Source: Candidatus Wildermuthbacteria bacterium (lineage in GTDB: Bacteria; Patescibacteriota; Minisyncoccia; Minisyncoccales; UBA10102). Taken from it: a DNA stretch of 64,000 bases. Each line of letters starts with the position of its first letter. Position 1 is the first letter of the stretch. The notes beneath the pieces were generated by a model. That model worked only from the letters and a program-made list of their open reading frames with translations. It was not told the DNA's origin and did not search any database. This document shows positions 22,311 through 30,922 of the stretch, in pieces. The position numbers and the translations under genes are program-made. The stretch covers positions 176,126-240,125 of the forward strand of contig JACOZJ010000003.1 of the NCBI GenBank assembly GCA_016181405.1. Reading direction: 5' to 3'.

Positions 22311-24152
22311 TTGCCCTTTATTTGGTACAATAAGCCAATGCGTGCCATCCTTCGAGGCGCAATATCAAATCCCCTTGCGAATATGCTTGCTGTGCTCTTG
22401 CTGGAAATAATGTTTCTCCTTGCCTTTTTTAGCGCGCAGAAAGACTCCCTCACCTTCGACGAGCTGGCGCATATCCCGGCTGGCTACTCTTATCTCACCC
22501 AACAAGACTATCGGATAAATCCGGAGCATCCGCCACTCGCGAAAGACATAGCTGCTGCTCCCCTGCTCTTTCTTAATCTCAACTTTCCCTCACAAAGCCA
22601 AAACTGGATCCAAGACGCAGGAGCTCCACCCTGGTGGGTACAGTTTGATTTGGGGACGGAATTCCTGTATCGCTCCGGCAACAACCCTAGAGAAATTATC
22701 TTCTTCTCGCGCCTACCTATGATTCTGCTCACGCTGTTGTTGGGGACTTTTCTCTTTTTCTGGACAAAGAAACTTCTGGGAAATGCCGCGGCCTTGGCAG
22801 CGCTCACCCTTTTTGCTTTCTCGCCTAGCTTTCTCGCGCACGGCCGGCTCGTTACCACCGATGTCGCCTCCGCGCTCGGAATTTTCGTTGCGATTTACTA
22901 CTGGATTGAGTTTCTCAAGCAGCCGACCAAAACAAAAATTGCCAAAGCCGGCGCGGCTCTCGCATTCGCGCTTTTACTAAAGTTCAGCGCGATTCTCCTG
23001 CTCCCATTTTTCGCGGTTGTTACTATTGTGTACGCACTTTTGCACCCGGAATCTTTCGGCAAAATACGAACCGCAGGGAAATATGTGGCGCTCTCTATTC
23101 TGGTCGGCATTGTTGCTTTGATTTTCATTATCCCCTTCTATCAACTCCACATGCTCAACTACCCTGCCGAACGCCAACTGCGTGACACCATTGCGGATTT
23201 GCAGCCGGGCGGTATAAACACCTATGAACATGCTGTAATCTGGATGGCGGACCCACCGGCTGGCGAATTTGTCCTTCGTCCCTTTGCCCAATTTGCACGC
23301 GGAGTTCTCATGGCAATACAACGAGGACAATTCGGAAATACCGTATTTCTCCAAGGAGAAATTACAGCCGGCGGATGGTGGCAGTACTTCCCGCTTATTT
23401 ACCTTTTCAAAGTGCCGCTCGCGTTTCACGTTCTCTTCTTACTAGGGCTAGCCGGCCTTGTCTTGAGTATCAAGAAAAAGCTCTATCAAGGATTTAGCAA
23501 AGGAATAACCGGATGGTTAAAAGATAACTTCTCCATATTCACGTTTGGATTATTCATAGCTATATACTTGGCTGTCGCCATGGCAGGAAACCTCAACATT
23601 GGAGTACGCCACCTCCTTCCCACCTTCCCTTTTCTGTATATGCTTGCCCTATACGGTGTAAAGGAATTTGCCAGCCACCGCTCAACTCCCCGATTCAAAA
23701 GAAACATTGCTATTGGGTTGATTTTGCTCTTTGCTGCATATATTGGATCCTCTCTTTCCGCGTTTCCATACTATATCTCCTATTACAACGAACTGGCCGG
23801 CGGCATAGATAATGGCTACAAAGTCGCCGTAGATTCCAACTATGACTGGGGCCAGGATTTTTATCGCCTGCTCGCGTTTGCAGAAGCAAACCACATACAA
23901 AAACTCCACCTTGATTATTTCGGTGGAGAAGATCCTTCCTACTGGCTGGGCGATACATATGAAAAGCTCGACCCATTCAATCCCCCATCTTCCGGGTGGA
24001 TTGCAGTTTCAGTAAATCAACTCATGAATGGCACTGCCTTGGGCGTTGACGGTTTCGACCAGCCCACCGGCTACTACAACTGGCTTGCGCGATATACTCC
24101 CGTTGCCCGCGCAGGCACCTCCATTTTCATCTACCGCCTCGGAGCCGAGTAA
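22311..24152 (+). CDS. GT39/PMT_2-like membrane glycosyltransferase
   Basis: 613-aa polytopic protein. FDELAHIPAGYSY...NPEHPPLAKD loop-1 motif of the PMT/ArnT-like family. Confidence 0.6.
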   Translation: MPFIWYNKPMRAILRGAISNPLANMLAVLLLEIMFLLAFFSAQKDSLTFDELAHIPAGYSYLTQQDYRINPEHPPLAKDIAAAPLLFLNLNFPSQSQNWIQDAGAPPWWVQFDLGTEFLYRSGNNPREIIFFSRLPMILLTLLLGTFLFFWTKKLLGNAAALAALTLFAFSPSFLAHGRLVTTDVASALGIFVAIYYWIEFLKQPTKTKIAKAGAALAFALLLKFSAILLLPFFAVVTIVYALLHPESFGKIRTAGKYVALSILVGIVALIFIIPFYQLHMLNYPAERQLRDTIADLQPGGINTYEHAVIWMADPPAGEFVLRPFAQFARGVLMAIQRGQFGNTVFLQGEITAGGWWQYFPLIYLFKVPLAFHVLFLLGLAGLVLSIKKKLYQGFSKGITGWLKDNFSIFTFGLFIAIYLAVAMAGNLNIGVRHLLPTFPFLYMLALYGVKEFASHRSTPRFKRNIAIGLILLFAAYIGSSLSAFPYYISYYNELAGGIDNGYKVAVDSNYDWGQDFYRLLAFAEANHIQKLHLDYFGGEDPSYWLGDTYEKLDPFNPPSSGWIAVSVNQLMNGTALGVDGFDQPTGYYNWLARYTPVARAGTSIFIYRLGAE

Positions 24153-24170
24153 AACACGTGTCCGCAGTTT

Positions 24171-24389
24171 TTATGTAATTTCTACAACTTTGTTTCTGGA
24201 GGTATAGCCAGACACAATGGAAACTTGAGATTGCGAAACGTGGAAATATTCTGCCAGCGCGCGCGCCACCGCCCTATTCGCTTTCCCCTGCACGGGCGGT
24301 TCTTTTACCGCCACCTCAAAATTCCCCTCCCCTATTTCTTTTATATATTCTTCCCTCGCCCCGGGTTTCACCTTCACTGATATTTTCAT
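24171..24389 (-). CDS. DUF167 (YggU-like) protein
   Basis: 72 aa. KVKPGAREEYIKEI...VQGKANRAVARALAEYF pattern. Confidence 0.7.
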   Translation of the reverse strand: MKISVKVKPGAREEYIKEIGEGNFEVAVKEPPVQGKANRAVARALAEYFHVSQSQVSIVSGYTSRNKVVEIT

Positions 24390-24398
24390 TGCGGCGCA

Positions 24399-24932
24399 TT
24401 ACGTTGTGTGGAAAGTAATGTGGATTCTTGTAACGTCGTCTGGTTTCGGAGAGCGGGAAAAAGCAATTTCAATATCGGGGAATGCGTCTTTGATCTTCTT
24501 TGCGATTTTGTCGGCGAGCTGGTTTTCTGTTGTGCAAACTCGATACCCAGTATCTGTTTCTTTCGTGCTTATAATTCGGTCTTGTGGATCTGTTTTTGTC
24601 GCGGCTTTGCCAAACCGTTCTATAAGTTGCAAGAGCTCCCTTCTGTGGCGGGTAGGAACTTCATCTAGCAAAAGCTCGCCCTCAAACAAGTGGTTTTTGG
24701 CCATGTCGCACGCACGGCATAGTTTTGTTTCCGCAATGGATATCTCTCCTTCCTTAAGGTGTTTTTTAAGATCATTCACAGACGCATACCATCTTTTTTT
24801 GAAATGCACGTTGCCGCATTCTGGGCATTTTGTTACGCCCTTATGCTCGAGCAAGTATTGCTCATGCTTTGTCTCGCGGTGGCGCTGGGGCACTTTTTTT
24901 ATGGAATTTCTGCTTTGAAAAATGCGGGCCAT
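24399..24932 (-). CDS. zinc-ribbon protein, possibly NMD3-like (uncertain)
   Basis: CPECGN...CRAC Cys4 pattern near the N-terminus. 177 aa. Confidence 0.4.
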   Translation of the reverse strand: MARIFQSRNSIKKVPQRHRETKHEQYLLEHKGVTKCPECGNVHFKKRWYASVNDLKKHLKEGEISIAETKLCRACDMAKNHLFEGELLLDEVPTRHRRELLQLIERFGKAATKTDPQDRIISTKETDTGYRVCTTENQLADKIAKKIKDAFPDIEIAFSRSPKPDDVTRIHITFHTT

Positions 24933-24956
24933 GATAATCTAATAATAACAGGATTT

Positions 24957-25433
24957 TTAACTTCCGATTATATAACGCTCTATGAGGGCTATTTTTTCTT
25001 TGTCGGCATGTTTTGTCTGCCGATAGCCGTCGTGCAAACAGTAGCAATACACGGCCAAATACTGTTCAAGATTTAGCTCATAAAAAGATATGCCGTTTTC
25101 CTCACTCTGTTTTAAGTCGCCAATGGTTAGGTTTACATCAGCAAGGTTGTTGTATTCTGCGAACGCGACTTTCTGGCCATTTCGAATAAACTCATGTTCT
25201 GAAACATCAGAAAGCTCAAAATCAAGCTCCTCGATTACGTTCTTTAGTTCTCCCCACTTCTCACCAACAAATTCATCCGGCACCAATATATCGATATCGT
25301 TTACTGTAATGGTCTCTTTAACCAAACGCGACAACCCAAGCGATCCATACAGCACAGGCACAACCCCAAGCTTTTTGTTTAACACTTCCGCAACCTCCCT
25401 AAATATTTCAAACTTCTTTTCCATCTCTATCAT
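24957..25433 (-). CDS. minimal nucleotidyltransferase (Pol-beta superfamily, MNT/Lnu-like)
   Basis: YGSLGLSRLVKETITVNDIDILV matches hG[GS]-x9-13-DhD of the NTase fold. 158 aa. Confidence 0.6.
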   Translation of the reverse strand: MIEMEKKFEIFREVAEVLNKKLGVVPVLYGSLGLSRLVKETITVNDIDILVPDEFVGEKWGELKNVIEELDFELSDVSEHEFIRNGQKVAFAEYNNLADVNLTIGDLKQSEENGISFYELNLEQYLAVYCYCLHDGYRQTKHADKEKIALIERYIIGS

Positions 25434-25978
25434 AGTTTTTGATAAATTTTTTCAGCGAGCTCGCGGGGATTAAAATACCCTGGGTTTTCCAATCGCAAAA
25501 GAGGTAAGCCGGCTTCTTGCAGAACACGCTCAACTTCCTCATCGCGCTCTTTTCTGTCTGGTCTTTCATGCGACCTATCGTCTAGCTCAATGGCGAGTTT
25601 TGGCGCAATATACTCTTTATCGCAAAGCACATAATCTACGGATTTTCGATCAATGTGGCTCCGCGCCCCACGCCAGCTCTGTCCTTTAACTCTATTTTCG
25701 ACAATACTCGGAAGATGTGCTTGAGGAAAAATATAGTACTTATCCCCTACCGCAGCCACAAGAGCATCATAACACTTATGCTCCGCCCGAGACATAAAAA
25801 ACTCTTTCCGCCCATACTCATACTTGCTTTGTTCAGCTTGGCCGCCTGCACTCTTTTTTGCCTTTACAAACCACAAAGCAAGCGCGATTCCACTCATTAA
25901 TAAAAGTCCTATTATGAGTATTGCAAAAAGAGGACCAAACAAACTTCCCAATATTCCCGAAACATCAAGTGTATTCAT
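25430..25978 (-). CDS. DUF2726-like (PD-(D/E)xK nuclease-fold) protein with N-terminal TM anchor
   Basis: HIDRKSVDYVLCDK...IELDDRSH pattern. Stop overlaps the NTase start by 4 bp. Confidence 0.5.
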   Translation of the reverse strand: MNTLDVSGILGSLFGPLFAILIIGLLLMSGIALALWFVKAKKSAGGQAEQSKYEYGRKEFFMSRAEHKCYDALVAAVGDKYYIFPQAHLPSIVENRVKGQSWRGARSHIDRKSVDYVLCDKEYIAPKLAIELDDRSHERPDRKERDEEVERVLQEAGLPLLRLENPGYFNPRELAEKIYQKL

Positions 25979-25996
25979 AGATTTTTATTTTCATTT

Positions 25997-26650
25997 TTAT
26001 GGCTCTAAAAACCAACTATTATTTTGAGAATCGTAGCTGTAGGTTTGGGGGAATTTCTTTTCTATCAAATTATCGTTTTCGTCTTTAACCTCGCAGTTGA
26101 TCTCTATTTTTATTCTTTTACCCTCTTGGGCGGACCGTTTTATCTCTTCCGGAATCTCCAAACCAGGCGCTTGAATACCGCTAAAAGCGTCAAGTTTCCA
26201 TGCTTGTGTACCACCGTAATAACCTTCGGGTACTTCTCTTTCTAAACTATCGGCAATAAACTTTATTTTTACATACGCCTTATACTTCTTTGGTTCACGA
26301 TTACCAATCCAAAACCATACTTTCCAGTCTCTCAAAAAATTGAAAGTAACAGTCCCAGGCAAAGAAGAAGCTACTCTGCACTCCACCAGTGCAATATTAC
26401 TGCTGGAGACAATCGCCTTTTTTGATTTTTCGTCCTCTCTTGGTAGCGGTAACTCATTGGTGGCTATTCCTTTTTTCTCCGATCTGTCAGGACCAAACTT
26501 TGCCCCATCTTTACCCAAAGACTCAAGATGTCTTATACGATCATCAATAGCACTCTTATGCCTAAAAATTATCAATATAGCCAAGGTCAAAATAACCACA
26601 GGCCATGATAATAGAATATTCAATATTTGTATAAATTCTGAAGTGCTCAT
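25997..26650 (-). CDS. membrane-anchored hypothetical protein
   Basis: 217 aa with N-terminal TM helix and no known motif. Confidence 0.5.
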   Translation of the reverse strand: MSTSEFIQILNILLSWPVVILTLAILIIFRHKSAIDDRIRHLESLGKDGAKFGPDRSEKKGIATNELPLPREDEKSKKAIVSSSNIALVECRVASSLPGTVTFNFLRDWKVWFWIGNREPKKYKAYVKIKFIADSLEREVPEGYYGGTQAWKLDAFSGIQAPGLEIPEEIKRSAQEGKRIKIEINCEVKDENDNLIEKKFPQTYSYDSQNNSWFLEP

Positions 26651-26814
26651 ATTGCGCTTATTACCTCGTAAATTTTCCCTTCCATCAACTCGATCAAGTG
26701 GCGGTTGGCGGCGATGATTTCTTCTTCCTTTTCCGTTTCGGCGACGAGCTGTTTTTGGATTTCGATTGACGGGAAAGGAATTTGTAAGTTTTTTACGAAT
26801 GATAAATTTGCCAT
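26647..26814 (-). pseudogene. remnant of a type I R-M specificity subunit (HsdS C-terminal conserved region, 55 codons)
   Basis: Translates to MANLSFVKNLQIPFPSIEIQKQLVAETEKEEEIIAANRHLIELMEGKI..., resembling the HsdS PLPPLxEQxxIV coiled-coil repeat. The TGA overlaps the ATG of the downstream ORF. Confidence 0.45.
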
Positions 26815-26839
26815 TTTGCGGCGAACTGGAAAAAAGTAT

Positions 26840-27484
26840 CTATCTTGCCAACTCGAAAATCTTTTTCACCAATGATGTCCGGGCATAAAATGCACGAGTA
26901 ATTGGCCTCTGCTCACCTGTACGTGGATTTATTCCTCCAGTTCCCTTTGTCCGTGGCTGCAACCATTTGCCATATTTACCAGTTAAGGCTTCGAAACCTT
27001 CTGTAATAAGCTTGCTGCGAATAAATTCGTAGTCGGCCTCTAATTCTTTGATGAGTTTATCGTCTTCGGCAAAGTCCAAGCTCACAACGTGGAGAAGTTT
27101 TGCGCTTTTGGCGTTTTTCTCGTTCCATTCAACTGCGCAAAACACAATTGCCTTAAGCTTTGCCCAAACATGACTTTCAAAAAACGAATGAGCTTTCAAC
27201 TCTTCCGGATTTATCATTGTTATTGCCATTGTTTCCTTTGGTGCAAGTTCTCCTCTGACAACCCGAAATGCAACTGATTTGAGTTCGTAAGTAAGTCCAT
27301 TCGGCGCTTTTGAAACATTCGTATCTAAGCCAGCTAGTCTCTCCAGAACGAGACCCTTCCAGCCCTTATTTTGCCTTCCAGTTTCGTAAGTCGTAATACC
27401 ATGTTCTAAGGCCAAAGCGCGTAGGTCATAACCAACATAGTTTTTCAAATTTTTTATCGCAGTAGCACGAGTTACAATCTTCAT
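26840..27484 (-). CDS. MutH/Sau3AI-family type II restriction endonuclease (probably GATC-specific)
   Basis: NKGWKGLVLERLAGL...LTYELKSV and C-terminal KYGKWLQPRTKG...RAFYARTSLVKK align with E. coli MutH (DKGWIGVLLEIWLG...ELKTI; HGEYLQIRPKA...RGFYLKKNF). Confidence 0.75.
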   Translation of the reverse strand: MKIVTRATAIKNLKNYVGYDLRALALEHGITTYETGRQNKGWKGLVLERLAGLDTNVSKAPNGLTYELKSVAFRVVRGELAPKETMAITMINPEELKAHSFFESHVWAKLKAIVFCAVEWNEKNAKSAKLLHVVSLDFAEDDKLIKELEADYEFIRSKLITEGFEALTGKYGKWLQPRTKGTGGINPRTGEQRPITRAFYARTSLVKKIFELAR

Positions 27485-27912
27485 ACGTTGAGTAGATTTA
27501 ATTCGATAGAATGTGGTTTTCTATTCTTTTCAAGATATTTCCTCCCATTCGACCCAAACAATACGATTGCGTCGTATCCCATTTCTCGCGCTTTTCGATA
27601 CATTTTTGCATCCCACCTAATACGTTCCTCATACCAACTTTCTTTATAATCACTGCCCGCTGAAAGAAATGTCTCGAATTCAGCAACCGTTTCGTCTGGA
27701 AATAAAACTTTAACTATTTCAAACTCTGAAAACCCATAAAGCGGATTTGAAATAGAAACTTTTTCCGGCACATCGTTTGGCCTGCCATAAAACTCTGCTT
27801 GATTGAAAGTAGAGGCAAAAAACTTGCCGCGCTTTTTATAAGCTTCTGGATCTCTTGGCGGCACATGCCACCACAGTGAGTTATTTATTTTGTTTATTAA
27901 AGTTTCTTTCAT
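27481..27912 (-). CDS. uncharacterised 143-aa protein translationally coupled between MTase and REase
   Basis: 4-bp overlaps with both neighbours. No HTH, MTase or nuclease motif recognised. Confidence 0.6.
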   Translation of the reverse strand: MKETLINKINNSLWWHVPPRDPEAYKKRGKFFASTFNQAEFYGRPNDVPEKVSISNPLYGFSEFEIVKVLFPDETVAEFETFLSAGSDYKESWYEERIRWDAKMYRKAREMGYDAIVLFGSNGRKYLEKNRKPHSIELNLLNV

Positions 27913-27914
27913 GT

Positions 27915-28784
27915 TTAGAGAAGTCTGCTATTTTGCTTTGTTCGCAACTCTTTGAAACGCTTTACCGATAAATCGAGATAATCTTTTTCTGTGTCTATGC
28001 CAACAAATTTTCGTGCATTGGTATATGCTGCCAAGCCGGTAGTGGAGCTGCCGGTAAAAGGATCTAAAACTATATCATCCTCATTTGTGCTTGCAAGCAC
28101 CACCCGTTTGAGCAAATCAAAAGGTTTTTGGGTTGGGTGCTTGCCAAATTTTTTCTCCCATGGAGAAGGAGTATTAATAGACCAAACTGAACGCATTTGT
28201 TTCCCAGGCTTTTTCAAAAAATCTTCGGGCCAATGTCCTTCTTTCATTTGCCTGTAATTAAATGTGTGTTTTGCCATTTTTTCTTTTCTCGCCCAAATCA
28301 AAGTTTCGTGACTAGCGGTGAAGTACCGACCACTTAAATTCGGCGAGGCGTTTGGTTTAAACCACGCAATATCATTTAAGATATGGTAGCCAGACATTTG
28401 CAAAGCAGCACCGCAAAGATATGCAGAATGATATGTGCCGCTAATCCATATTGAACCGTTTGGCTTTAATACTTTTCGGCAGGCCTGAATCCATTTCATG
28501 TGAAACTCAAAATCTTCTGCCGGGCCTTTACTTACATCCCACTCCCCTTTATTAACACTTACCCGCTTTCCTGCATGAACAGTAAATCCCCCATTTGAAA
28601 GAAAATACGGAGGATCCGCAAAAATCATATCTATGGAGTTTTCTGGCAACTCTTCAAGTAGCTTTAAACTATCGCCTTGATACAGCACAAAATTATCCTC
28701 GATAAAATAAGGTTTTACCTTAACATAGCGTAAAACTTTCCCTTCTTGCTTAGTTTTTGGAGTTTCAAAAGTCTGAACCGGCAT
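27915..28784 (-). CDS. beta-class N6-adenine/N4-cytosine DNA methyltransferase
   Basis: Motif IV IFADPPYF N-terminal to motif I LDPFTGSSTTG, the beta-group order. Paired with a MutH-like REase, suggesting a Dam-like GATC methylase. Confidence 0.85.
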   Translation of the reverse strand: MPVQTFETPKTKQEGKVLRYVKVKPYFIEDNFVLYQGDSLKLLEELPENSIDMIFADPPYFLSNGGFTVHAGKRVSVNKGEWDVSKGPAEDFEFHMKWIQACRKVLKPNGSIWISGTYHSAYLCGAALQMSGYHILNDIAWFKPNASPNLSGRYFTASHETLIWARKEKMAKHTFNYRQMKEGHWPEDFLKKPGKQMRSVWSINTPSPWEKKFGKHPTQKPFDLLKRVVLASTNEDDIVLDPFTGSSTTGLAAYTNARKFVGIDTEKDYLDLSVKRFKELRTKQNSRLL

Positions 28785-28924
28785 GCTTTTACTTTACCAA
28801 AAAATCGCCAATTTGGCGACTCCCATATTTTCCTGGTTCAAAACAGTTATATTCTCAAAAAAGAAGACGATCGGCCAAGAAGGCAAAGCGTCTGATTTGG
28901 GTTAGGATGCTACTGGCGAGAGAA

Positions 28925-29191
28925 CTATCTGCGGATGATGATATCCGGGAACCACCCCGTGAGATGGTCTCTGATTTGCCTTAACCTGTATTCAAGGTTG
29001 TGAGGATCATAGTCTATGGTCGTCACCAGGTACGCAGCAAGCCGTTCTGCAATTATTCCTACGTCAGCGCGAATTGCGGGGTCAATCCCTTCGCTATTCT
29101 CAAGTTCGATCACCACTCGAGCCTTCTTGCGCACCTTTCGTGAAGGCCGATACACCTTATGGGTCCGACTAACTACGATCTTTTTCACCAC
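28925..29191 (-). CDS. hypothetical basic protein
   Basis: 88 aa with Lys/Arg-rich N-terminus. Confidence 0.35.
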   Translation of the reverse strand: MVKKIVVSRTHKVYRPSRKVRKKARVVIELENSEGIDPAIRADVGIIAERLAAYLVTTIDYDPHNLEYRLRQIRDHLTGWFPDIIIRR

Positions 29192-29335
29192 CTACCTCCC
29201 GTTCTACTGCAAAGAAGCTCTTCCACTTCTTCGCTGTCATCGACAATATTACCACACTTTGAGGCGTATTTCAAGCGGAAAACGGCGGAGAGTTAACGCG
29301 AGGCTACTTTTTGATGACGGCTAAGGGGCGGAGCG

Positions 29336-29896
29336 TCAGCGCGGGGTGAGGCCATCAAAAGGAATTGGAAAGGAAGAAAGAACTTTGTAGCCGGCGCCAC
29401 CCTTATGCGGCGACGAGAATAGTTCTACCGATTCCACGGACATAGACCAGGCAAGCGGCTTTTCAATGGGGCGATGGGTAAGCTTCTCCTCATCTTTTGC
29501 CGTAAAGCGCGCAATAGTCATATGGGGCACAAACGGAACGGATTCTTTTGTTTTGAACGCGGCAAGCAGGCTTTTTTTGAGCGCGTTGGTTTCCGAAGAC
29601 GGGGTACACTGAATCCAGGCAAGCCGAGGATGCATCTTGCTTGGGCCGTAGGCAAGCCGTTCGAATTTTAGCGTAAACCGCTTCATGCCCCGCAGGGCTT
29701 TCCGCAAACGCTCCTCGACAAAAGATTGGCTCACCATGTCCCATGGCGCCAGGAGCGTTACATGAATATCCTCTGGAGGGATAAACTTGGCGGGAAGATC
29801 TGCCATATCACTCTGCAGTTTTACGCAGGCCTCCGCGATTTCGTCTGTAACCTTGATTCCTACATATACTCTTCTGGATGGTTTTAGATTTTTCAT
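29336..29896 (-). CDS. thpR: RNA 2',3'-cyclic phosphodiesterase / 2'-5' RNA ligase (2H family)
   Basis: Two H-x-T-x motifs (HVTLL, HMTIA). Confidence 0.8.
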   Translation of the reverse strand: MKNLKPSRRVYVGIKVTDEIAEACVKLQSDMADLPAKFIPPEDIHVTLLAPWDMVSQSFVEERLRKALRGMKRFTLKFERLAYGPSKMHPRLAWIQCTPSSETNALKKSLLAAFKTKESVPFVPHMTIARFTAKDEEKLTHRPIEKPLAWSMSVESVELFSSPHKGGAGYKVLSSFPIPFDGLTPR

Positions 29897-29917
29897 AGCA
29901 TTTAACAGAAAGATGAT

Positions 29918-30790
29918 TTATTGCCGATACTTGATGTACGCCTGGTCGAGGAAGCGCAAGTCGATGTATTCCAAAAATGGGCGGCGCTGCGAGGAAATCT
30001 CCTGCTCCAACACAAGCTTTACTTTCTGAATCTGCCAATCTATTCTTTCTGAAGGATTGAAATACATTTCCCAACCCTCCGAAATTCCCGCATTCACTCT
30101 CTCTTTTGAAACAATGAGTAAAGATAACACACGCAACCCGACTTGCTCAAACAGAGGAAAGGCATCAACACTCTTCTGAAACTGCAACATACGTTCGAGC
30201 GCAACAGGATCAACTACTTGATCCCCCAACGCGGCCTCTACGCCTTCCGCAGAAAGAATTACCTCTTTCCCAGATTCCATTTCTTCAAAAATTACTCCTT
30301 GCTTGTCGAGCGCAAAACACTGGCGAATGGATCGCGTAGTTTGCTCTTGTAAACCTTCAAGCTCTACACGAAGGATTTTGTTTTGGCACCACGTCGCAAT
30401 CCCCTGCCGCTCTTGCACGGTTACTCGCACCTTGTCTGGAAACTTCTTTTGCACCGCAACCAACTCTATTTCCGGAAACACGGCCCGAATTTTTGCGGCT
30501 GCAACAGCAGCATTCGCAAGGAAAAAATTGTTTGTCGCGAAAAACGCAACCTTCCTTTGAAGAGATTCACTTGTTGCCTGACGCAATTTCTCTTCTGCTA
30601 TATTTTCGTTCCCCCGAATTTCAATATACTTTATTTGAAAGAATGGCGTGAAGAAAATTCCGTATGTCGAACCCGCCAAGACAAAAAATCCAAGGATACC
30701 AACCCAAAAAACCTTGCTTTTCAGAAGCTTTTTCACTCGCGATCGTTTTGGCTTCAATCGCCTCTGTAGCTTATATCGTTTTGCCCGCAT
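29918..30790 (-). CDS. ftsQ: cell division protein FtsQ/DivIB-like (POTRA)
   Basis: Basic N-terminus, single TM, then POTRA-like FFQIKYIEIRGNENI. Confidence 0.5.
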   Translation of the reverse strand: MRAKRYKLQRRLKPKRSRVKKLLKSKVFWVGILGFFVLAGSTYGIFFTPFFQIKYIEIRGNENIAEEKLRQATSESLQRKVAFFATNNFFLANAAVAAAKIRAVFPEIELVAVQKKFPDKVRVTVQERQGIATWCQNKILRVELEGLQEQTTRSIRQCFALDKQGVIFEEMESGKEVILSAEGVEAALGDQVVDPVALERMLQFQKSVDAFPLFEQVGLRVLSLLIVSKERVNAGISEGWEMYFNPSERIDWQIQKVKLVLEQEISSQRRPFLEYIDLRFLDQAYIKYRQ

Positions 30791-30922
30791 GCTAAGGAAA
30801 CGAGAATTATGGATTTTGAGCCGCGAGAGTGATGTGATTTTGTGAGACGCGAGGGTCTCATCCGAAGGATGGGTTAAGCGCGAACAAAATTATATCACTC
30901 GAGAGGCCACCCCATGAAAATC

